A stretch of DNA of 64,000 bases from an uncultured bacterium (GTDB lineage: Bacteria; Krumholzibacteriota; Krumholzibacteriia; JACNKJ01). A program made the translations under genes and the position numbers. The stretch is from positions 1,472,001 to 1,536,000 of the forward strand of contig CAVOFT010000001.1 of NCBI GenBank assembly GCA_963695095.1, given 5' to 3'. This document shows positions 22,037 to 29,733 of the stretch, one piece after another (position 1 is the first letter of the stretch; every line of letters begins with the position of its first letter). The notes beneath the pieces were generated by a model. It was not told the origin of the DNA. It did not search any database and was given only the letters and a program-made list of their open reading frames with translations.

Positions 22037-25000
22037 TGAAGACGCGTGCAATCCCGGCCCAGCCCAGCGCTCGCCGCGCGGGCTTGCTCGGACTCGGGGC
22101 CCTGATCCTGCTGCTTGCCGGCATCGGGCTGCCGCGGCCCGCGGCGGCGCCGGGCAAGGGTCTGGGCTCTCGCGACTGCCTGGACTGCCACGAGGAACTC
22201 AAGCGCGAGCTCGGGCGCAAGCATGCCCACGCGCCCTTCGCCGGCAAGGACTGCGAAGCCTGCCACAAGCCGCATGGCCTCATGGGGGGCCTGATCCTGA
22301 AGACCGAGATCAATACGCTCTGCCTGGAGTGCCACGCCGGCGTCAAGGACGCGCGCGAGGCGGCCGTGCTGCATGGTCCCTTCGCGAAGGGCAAGTGCAC
22401 GGACTGCCACGATCCCCATGGCTCGGGCGAGGCGGGGCTCCTGCCCGGCAAGGGCGCCGGGGCCTGCACCGGCTGCCACGACGGCGCCGCCTTCACGGGC
22501 GCCACCCTGCACGCGCCCCTGCGCGACGGGGATTGCGCGGCCTGCCACGCCGGCCATGGCGCGCCCGAACCGGGCCTGCTGCGCAAGCCGGCGACGGCGC
22601 TCTGCCTGGACTGCCACGCGGCCGACCAGGCCCTGCGCAGCCGCCATGGCGGCGTGGACGTGAGCGCGGCGGCCTGTGTCAGCTGCCACGATCCCCACAG
22701 TGCCGCGACGCCGGCCCTGCTCGCCCGCTCCATTCACCCGCCGGTGGCCGACCTCGACTGCGCGAGCTGCCACGAGCTGGATGCAGCCGGCCGCGTCTCG
22801 CCGAGCGGGGATCCCGCCGCCAGCTGCGCCGCCTGCCACGACGAGGGCGAGCGGCGACCGTCGGTACCGCACCCCGCCTTCGCCGACGGCGCCTGCACGG
22901 ACTGCCATTCGCCCCACGGCAGCAGTCAGCCGGCCCTGCTCAGGGATCGTGAGGATCGGCTCTGTCTCGATTGCCACGACGACCAGGGGCGGGACTTCGC
23001 CCGCGCGCACACGCACGCGCCGGCGGCCGCAGGCCGCTGCAGCGCCTGCCACGACGCCCATGGCGCCGAGCAGCCGGCGCTGCTGCGGCAGGAACTCGGC
23101 GCGCTCTGCCGGTCCTGCCATCAGGAAGCGAGCATCACCGCGGGCCCCGGCCAGCACGAGCACAGCGCCACGGCCAGGCGCGCCTGCACGACCTGCCATG
23201 AGCCCCATGGCTCCGAGCAGCCGCAGCTGCTCAACGCCCCGGCGGGCGATCTCTGCCTGTCCTGCCACCTCAAGATCAAGTTGCTCAACGCCTCCGCGCA
23301 TCCCCATGCCGTCGTGGCCAGCGGCGACTGCCTCGCCTGCCACGAAGCGCACGTGGGCACGACGAGCGCGCTGCTCAAGGCGGCGCCGGGCACGCTCTGC
23401 CTGAGCTGCCATGCCGACTTCGCCCAGGCGCCGGCGGGGGGCAGCGTGCATCCACCGGCGGCGGCGGGCGATTGCCTGGACTGCCATGAGCCCCACGGCG
23501 GCGAGCGGCCGGCCATGCTGAGCCAGGCGCCGGAGGCGCTCTGCCTCGCTTGCCACGACACCGGGGCCGGGCTGCCCGTGCCGCATGCGCCGGTGGCCGG
23601 CGGCCGCTGCACGGAATGCCACGATGCCCATCGGGCGCCCGGCCAGCACTTGCTGGCGGCGCCGCCGGCGCTGCTCTGCGCCGGCTGCCATGCGGAGACG
23701 GCGGCCAGCGAGGGCAAGGTCTCCCTGCACCCGCCGGCAGCGGCGGGCGATTGCCTGGACTGCCACCTGCCGCACGGCGGCGAGGCCAAGGGCCTGCTCA
23801 GCCAGGCGCAGCCGGCCCTCTGCTTCGATTGTCACGACGGCGGACGGCGCCGCCTTCCGCGGCGCCCACCTGGGCAGCGCGGACCCCGGCTCGCTGGACT
23901 GCATGGGCTGCCACGAGCCGCACACGGCCGCCGCGCCGGCGCTCATGCATGCCAAGGCGCACCCACCCTTCGCCGATCGCGACTGCCAGGCCTGCCACAA
24001 GGCCGGCGAGACGGCGGTGCCGCGGGGTGTCTGCCTGGACTGCCATGACGATCCCATTGCCGGCCGCAAGCACGTCCACGCACCCGTTGCCTCGGGCGAC
24101 TGCCAGGCCTGCCACAACCCCCATGCCGCCGCCGGTGAGCATCTCTTCGCAGGCAGCGTGGGGGAGAGCTGCTATGGCTGCCATGAGCCCCAGGCCCTCG
24201 CCCCGGTGCCGGCCCTCGCCCACGCGCCGCTGCGCGAGGGGCGCTGCGAGGCCTGTCACGACGGCCATGCCTCGAATCAGCCCGCGCTGCTGCGCCAGAG
24301 CGCGGGCACGCTCTGCCTGAGCTGCCATGCCGAGCTGGGGGACCCGGCTCAGGGCAAGGCCCATGCGCCCGTGGCCCGGGGCGATTGCAGCGTCTGCCAC
24401 GACGCCCACGGCAGCGCGGAGCCGGCCATGCTGAAGAGGGCGCTGCCCGGACTCTGCCTGGACTGCCATAAACTCGGCGCCGCGGGGATGTCCACCGCCC
24501 ATCGCGGCTTCGATCTCGCGGGTGCGGACTGCGCCGGTTGCCACGAGCCCCACCGCTCCCGGCTACCCGCCCTGGGCCGGCAGGGCTCCGTCCACACGCC
24601 CTACGCCGAGAGGCGCTGCGCCGACTGCCATGCCGGGAGCAAGGCGCCGGCGAAGCCCGAGCGGGAACTCTGCCTGGGTTGCCACCGCAGCCTCGGCGAG
24701 GAATTGAAGACGGGCCGCGTGCATCCGGCGCTCGAGCAGGGGGCGGCTTGCAGCAACTGCCATGTACCGCACGCTGCCGCCCAGCCCTGGCTGCTAGCCA
24801 AGGAGCAGGGCGCGCTCTGCGGCCGCTGCCATGCGGAGCAGCAGGACGCCCTGGCGAGCGCGGCTTTCGCGCACCCGCCCGGACCCCGGGGGCTCTGCGC
24901 AAGCTGTCACGACCCCCATGCCGAATCCACCGAGCAGCTGGGACCGACGCCCGAGCTCTGCAGCAAGTGCCACGATTTCAGCAAGCACGTGAGCCATCCG

Positions 25001-25156
25001 CTGGGCGCCGGCGTGCTCGACCCGCGCACTGGCGAGGAGCTGGGCTGTCTGAGCTGCCACGCCGCCCACGGCTCCGTCCAGAAGTACTTCCTCCTGGACG
25101 ACCCGCACGGACGGCTCTGCGTGCAGTGCCACACGGACAAGATCCGCAGCCGCTAG
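22036..25156 (+). CDS. Giant paired-CxxCH multiheme cytochrome c, 42 heme-binding motifs, ~1039 aa (frameshift near 23840)
   Basis: Signal peptide; 24 CxxCH counted before and 18 after the frameshift; repeat unit HxP..CxxCHxxH..LL..LCxxCH. Confidence 0.92.
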
Positions 25157-25185
25157 GGCGGAAGCGTTCGAACGATCGTACCCAA

Positions 25186-25214
25186 AGGGCCGCCTCCATC
25201 CCGGGGGCGGCCCT
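25186..25214 (+). terminator. Hairpin after the 42-heme cytochrome gene
   Basis: AGGGCCGCCTCC-ATCCC-GGGGGCGGCCCT; weak U tract. Confidence 0.55.
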
Positions 25215-25270
25215 CCCTATTAGCGCCGCAGCCCGGCTGCCTGGGGCCGGCGCGGGCACTTGCGCGGGTC

Positions 25271-25396
25271 TTCAGTGTCGTTTCATGATTCGTAAACTAT
25301 GTAATTTCAACGAACTGAATTATCGACCGAAGTGAGAGAATATGGATCCAAGATTAGATGATGTTCTTGACCGATATGATGTGAATTAGGTAACAT
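25271..25396 (+). promoter_or_regulatory. AT-rich regulatory region and promoter of the NHL-omcS unit
   Basis: Visibly AT-rich stretch; TTGACC-18-TAACAT (25367-25396); inverted repeat at 25271-25319. Confidence 0.55.
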
Positions 25397-25450
25397 ACAT
25401 ACCGGTCAGCGACGCTAACCCGCGCTGGTCCGAGGCACCGAGTACCGCGC

Positions 25451-26583
25451 ATGGAGTCCAGGCCGATGTCCAGCCGATCCATTGCTCGCCTGCTGCTCGT
25501 CCTCATCCAGGTTCCGCTCATCGCGATGCCCGCGGCAGCCACCTGGGTGATGGACTACGCGGGACAACTGTCACCGAATTTTCACGAGCAGGCCTGCAAG
25601 CGGCCCGTCGGGGTGAGCTACGCGCCGACGGGCGATGAAGCTCTGCGTCACCGATGCCGGCGAGCGCAGCCTGCGCGTCTACTCGGGCGAGGGCATCTTC
25701 ACCTTCGCGACCGGGGGCGTGGCCGAACTCGCACAGCCCGGCGACGCCCTGCTCGACGCGATGGGCGGCTTCGTGCTTCTGGACAGCCACAGCGGGCTCG
25801 GCCGCACCCTGCGCCGGCTGGACTATCGCGGCGAGCCGCAGGCCTTCAGCGTCGAGCGCCCCCGCGCGGACTGGAGTCCCCAGCATCTTCTGCTCACTCG
25901 CGACGGCGGCCTGGTGACCGTGGACAACGCGCACCGGCTGCTGTGCAAGCACGACGGCGCCAGCGGCGCCCTGCTCTGGAGCCGCGAGAGTTGTCGGCGG
26001 CCCCGAGGACGTAGACCGCGATCTGGGCCTGGGTCGTCCCGCTGAGACAGCCGATGGCCGCCTCTATCTGCCCAGCGGACTCCTGCACCGCGTGCTCGTG
26101 CACGACGGCGAGGGTCAGCCGCAGGGCGCGTTCGGCCGCTTCGGCTCCGCCCGCGGGCAGTTCGTCTTCCCCGTCGGCGTGGCGATCGGTCCCGAGGGCA
26201 CCGTGCTCGTGCTGGACCGCCTGCGCCATGCGATCCTGCTCTTCGATGCCGAGCAGCATTTCCTGGCCGAGTACGGCAGCTTCGGCGGCCGTCCGGGCCA
26301 GTTCTACCACCCGAACGCCATCGCCGCGATGCCCGATGGCCGCGTCGTCGTGACCCAGGGTTACCTGGGCCGCGTCCAGAGCTTCCGGCTCTACGACGCG
26401 AGCGAGCGGGCCGAGGCCGCCCACTCTGGAGCGCCGGCCTGGCCCTTCGGTCGCGAGCAAACCGTCACTCGCCACGATGTACCAAGGGGGTGCAGCCTTT
26501 CGGTGCCGGCAGCCGGCGCCAACCAAACGCATGCTATCGACTTTTTCCCGCAGTGTCTCCTAGTCCTGAACCCAACATCATGA
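25451..26583 (+). CDS. Exported NHL-repeat beta-propeller protein (two frameshifts, near 25635 and 26000)
   Basis: Signal peptide; FGSARGQFVFPVGVAI, GGRPGQFYHPNAIA. Confidence 0.8.
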
Positions 26584-26593
26584 GGTAACCGCA

Positions 26594-27697
26594 ATGAGAC
26601 TGTTCAAGCTCATGGGCCTCGCTGCCGCTCTGGTCCTCGCGTCCAGCGGCGCCGCGCTGGCCTTCCACGACGGCGGCGTCGCCGACTGCCAGGGCTGCCA
26701 CACCATGCACAACAGCATGGACGGCGAGCAGGTGGCCGACGTCGCAACCGGCAACGCGTACCTGCTCATCGACGGCAACTCCAGCGACACCTGCCTCAAC
26801 TGCCATGCGGCCTACGGCCAGTTCCTCGGCGGCACGGGCTACGGCCCGGGCGGCGACTTCTACTGGCTCACCAAGACCTACTCCTGGGATGCCCACGGCA
26901 GCACCGTGGAGAGCTCGGGCGACAGCCACGGCCACAACGTCATTTCGCCGGCCTATGGCCTGGCCGAGGACATGACCCTCAGCGAGGCCCCGGGTGGCGA
27001 CTTCCTGTCCACCTACCTGCGCTGCACGAGCTGCCACGATCCCCACGGCAACCAGAGCTTCCGTCTGCTCTACGGCACCGCCATGGGCCCGGTCTACAAC
27101 GGCGGCCGCTATGACTTCGACAGCGATGCGCCCGAGGCCAAGGGCAACAGCCGGCGCACCTACGTCGGCGGCGGCGGCAACGAGACCAACGCTCGCCACA
27201 CCGTCTACAAGTCGGGCATGAGCGAGTGGTGCGCGAACTGCCACACCACCTTCCACTCCGACAACACCAACAACTTCGTGCACCCCACGGGCGAGAACCT
27301 GGGCTCGACGATCGCGGCGGCCTACAACGCCTACATCAGCACGGACGAAGTGGTGGGCGGCGATCCGGCGACCTCCTACTGGGGCATCGTGCCCTTCGAG
27401 GCCGTCAACGTGGACCTGGAGACCGTCAGCACGACCAACAACACGCAGGGTCCGGGCGGCACCGATCAGGTGATGTGCCTGTCCTGCCACCGCGCGCACG
27501 CCTCGGCCTTCGGCGACGCGGGCCGCTGGGACTTCGGCGAGACCTTCATCGCGGAATCCCATCCCCAGCCCACGGACACCGGCTGGACGCAGGAAGACGC
27601 GGACAACATGTACTATGACTACACCTTCGTCCACAACCAGCGCTCGCTGTGCAACAAGTGCCATGTGAAGGACCTGGGTGATGCCCCTTTGGAGTAG
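26594..27697 (+). CDS. omcS: OmcS/OmcT-family hexaheme cytochrome c (nanowire-type)
   Basis: Signal peptide then FHDGGVADCQGCHTMHNS; CLNCH, PGGDFYW, GHNV, APGG, CTSCHDPHG, GMSEWCANCH, HP, YNAY, PFE, CLSCHRAHASAF, QRSLCNKCHVKD; six CxxCH in OmcS order. Confidence 0.92.
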   Translation: MRLFKLMGLAAALVLASSGAALAFHDGGVADCQGCHTMHNSMDGEQVADVATGNAYLLIDGNSSDTCLNCHAAYGQFLGGTGYGPGGDFYWLTKTYSWDAHGSTVESSGDSHGHNVISPAYGLAEDMTLSEAPGGDFLSTYLRCTSCHDPHGNQSFRLLYGTAMGPVYNGGRYDFDSDAPEAKGNSRRTYVGGGGNETNARHTVYKSGMSEWCANCHTTFHSDNTNNFVHPTGENLGSTIAAAYNAYISTDEVVGGDPATSYWGIVPFEAVNVDLETVSTTNNTQGPGGTDQVMCLSCHRAHASAFGDAGRWDFGETFIAESHPQPTDTGWTQEDADNMYYDYTFVHNQRSLCNKCHVKDLGDAPLE

Positions 27698-27771
27698 TGG
27701 TCACGGGAATTCCCCTCGGCTTCTAGCGAGGGGGCGGCCTTGAGGTCCCCGTGACCTCGATGGACATCTGG

Positions 27772-27801
27772 CGGGCGGCTCCGCGAGGAGCCGCCCGTTT
27801 T
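27772..27801 (+). terminator. Rho-independent terminator after omcS
   Basis: CGGGCGGCTCC-GCGA-GGAGCCGCCCG-TTTT. Confidence 0.85.
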
Positions 27802-27819
27802 CGTACCCACCCCTCGCGC

Positions 27820-27848
27820 TTGACGCCCGCGCGCGCAGCGCCTAGCCT
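27820..27848 (+). promoter_or_regulatory. sigma70 promoter of the tRNA gene
   Basis: TTGACG-17-TAGCCT, 8 nt before the tRNA. Confidence 0.65.
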
Positions 27849-27856
27849 GGGCTGAC

Positions 27857-27929
27857 GGGCCCATAGCTCAGTGGTGAGAGCAGACGACTCATAATCGTTG
27901 GGTCGCAGGTTCAAATCCTGCTGGGCCCA
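27857..27929 (+). tRNA. tRNA with CAT anticodon, most likely tRNA-Ile2 (lysidine); CCA not encoded
   Basis: GGGCCCA/TGGGCCC acceptor; GACGA-CTCATAA-TCGTT anticodon arm of ileX type; GCAGG-TTCAAAT-CCTGC T arm. Confidence 0.93.
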
Positions 27930-27960
27930 CTGGCCGTTCACCCCCTTTGTCGCGGTGCGC

Positions 27961-28671
27961 ATGCAAAACAGCGAGCAGCTCCTGGCCCTCTATCACCTCG
28001 ACCGCCGCCTGGACTTCATCCTCCGCCGTCTCGCCGAGATTCCGGGCGCGCAGCGCGCACTGCAGAAGGAGCGCGCGGTGCGCGAGGCGAGGCAGCGGGG
28101 GCGCGAGCAGGCGGCCGCCGAGCTGGTGGAAGCGCTCCGGCGGCTCGAACGGGACAGCGCGAGCCTGGCCGCCGAGCGCCGTCGCCTCGAGACCCAGCAG
28201 AGCGCGGTGACCGACATGCAGGCCCTGGCCGCCAGCGAGCATCAGCTGGCGCGCTGTGACGAGCGCATTGCCGGCGTGGAGGCGACCATCCTGGTCAAGC
28301 TCGAGGCCCAGGAGATCCACGAGCGGGAGCTCAGCTTGCGCGCGGCGCGGGAGGCCGAGGAGGCGCGCGCCGCCGCCGCGGAGCTCGCTGCCCTGGCCGG
28401 CGAGGCGGCCGAGTGCGCAGCGGAGCGGGACCAGGCCCTCGCCGAGCGCGAGGCCACGCTCGCCGCCATGCCCGCCGCCGACGCCCGGCTCTACCGGCGC
28501 CTCTTCGGCAACCATGGCCATCGCAGCCTGGCCGGCCTGCGCGGGGACGCCTGCGGCGCCTGCGGCGCCGCGCTGCCGCCCCAGGAATTGCTCGAATTGC
28601 GCAAGGACAACCGCGTGCTCAGCTGCCAGGGCTGCGGACGCCTCGTGCTGCGCGCGGAAGGGGAGGCCTGA
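27961..28671 (+). CDS. Coiled-coil protein with C4-type zinc ribbon (DUF164-like)
   Basis: Long coiled coil; C-terminal CGAC...CQGCGRLV; typical context before RNase H and rnpB. Confidence 0.85.
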   Translation: MQNSEQLLALYHLDRRLDFILRRLAEIPGAQRALQKERAVREARQRGREQAAAELVEALRRLERDSASLAAERRRLETQQSAVTDMQALAASEHQLARCDERIAGVEATILVKLEAQEIHERELSLRAAREAEEARAAAAELAALAGEAAECAAERDQALAEREATLAAMPAADARLYRRLFGNHGHRSLAGLRGDACGACGAALPPQELLELRKDNRVLSCQGCGRLVLRAEGEA

Positions 28672-29294
28672 TGCCCGCGCCTGCTGCCGAACTCCTGGAT
28701 GCCCTGCTGGAGTACCTCCGCGGCGAGACAGCGCCGGCTGGGCCTGCCCGCCGAGGCCCGCGCGCGCCTGGCCGCCTGGCTGCAGGCGGAGCTCGCCCCT
28801 GCCGCCCACTCGCCGGCGCCGGCGATGCCGGGCGCGACGGCGGCGCCGGCGGTTACTGCAGCACCGGGAGCCGGCAAGGGGCCCGCGGTGGCGCCGGGCT
28901 GGTTGCTCGTCTTCACGGATGGCGCGAGCCGCGGCAATCCCGGCCTCGCCGCCGCGGGGGTGCGTCATCTACGCCGCGACTGGCGAGCTGCACCGGGAGG
29001 GCAAGGCGCTCGGGCGTCCTCACCAACAACCAGGCGGAGTACCGCGCCCTGCTGCTCGGCCTCGCCGCGGCCCGGCAGCTGGGGGGCGAGCGGGTCGAGG
29101 TGGCCATGGACAGCGAGCTCATCGTGCGCCAGCTCGAGGGCCGCTACAAGGTGAAGCACCCGCAGCTCAAGCCGCTCTACGAGGAAGCGCGCCTCGCCCT
29201 GGCGGCTTTTCGAGCCTGGCGCGTGCGCCACGTGCCGCGGGCGGAGAATGCCCTGGCCGATGCCCTTGCGAATCAGGCGCTGGACTCCCTATAA
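28671..29294 (+). CDS. Ribonuclease HI family with N-terminal extension (about three frameshifts)
   Basis: FTDGASRGNPG, TNNQAEY, DSELIVRQL, HVPRAENALADALAN. Confidence 0.88.
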   Translation: MPAPAAELLDALLEYLRGETAPAGPARRGPRAPGRLAAGGARPCRPLAGAGDAGRDGGAGGYCSTGSRQGARGGAGLVARLHGWREPRQSRPRRRGGASSTPRLASCTGRARRSGVLTNNQAEYRALLLGLAAARQLGGERVEVAMDSELIVRQLEGRYKVKHPQLKPLYEEARLALAAFRAWRVRHVPRAENALADALANQALDSL

Positions 29295-29295
29295 T
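29266..29295 (+). promoter_or_regulatory. sigma70 promoter of rnpB
   Basis: TTGCGA-18-TATAAT, 6 nt before the RNA start. Confidence 0.7.
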
Positions 29296-29301
29296 CGCCG
29301 C

Positions 29302-29662
29302 GGAAGCGAACCGGATGGTCGCGGAGCTCGTCTCCGAGGAAAGTCCGGGCTCCACAGGGCAGGGTGCTGGGTAACTCCCAGGGGAAGCGATTCCACGGAA
29401 AGTGCCACAGAAAACAAACCGCCCGCTTCATCGCGAGATGGACGGGTAAGGGTGAAAAGGTGAGGTAAGAGCTCACCGGGCGTCCGGCGACGGCGGCCGC
29501 ACGGTAAACCCCACCCGGAGCAAGACCAAATAGGGGAAGAGAGGCGGCCCGCCTCGTTCGACTCCCGGGTAGGTCGCTCGAGGCCGTCGGTAACGGCGGT
29601 CCTAGATAAATGGCCATCCCTCCCCACGGGGAGGACAGAACCCGGCTTACAGGTTCGCTTCC
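29302..29662 (+). ncRNA. rnpB: RNase P RNA, class A
   Basis: GAGGAAAGTCCGGGCTC, AGTGCCACAGAAAA, GGTAAACCCC, ACAGAACCCGGCTTA; terminal P1 GGAAGCGAACC/GGTTCGCTTCC. Confidence 0.97.
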
Positions 29663-29733
29663 ACTTTCTGCCCGCCTGGGCGCCGCGCCTGCCCGGAACG
29701 GTGACGAGCCTTGCCTCTAGCGGAGGAGCACCC

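Noticed and set aside
22036..25156. Repetitive DNA as a CRISPR array or tandem repeat
   Set aside because: Recurring TGCCAC-type words are codons of CxxCH repeats; no constant repeat-spacer structure
25240..25270. sigma54 promoter upstream of NHL-omcS
   Set aside because: GG and TTGC elements do not fit the strict GG-N10-GC spacing
26400..26593. GEMM-I (cyclic dinucleotide) riboswitch upstream of omcS, as known in Geobacter
   Set aside because: A GCAAA is present, but I could not find the GAAA-tetraloop P2 or the rest of the consensus here or at 25160-25450; an Rfam scan would settle it
16150..27930. Integrative element at the tRNA gene
   Set aside because: No integrase or transposase, no att-like duplication of the tRNA end, and the cluster lies on the 5' side of the tRNA
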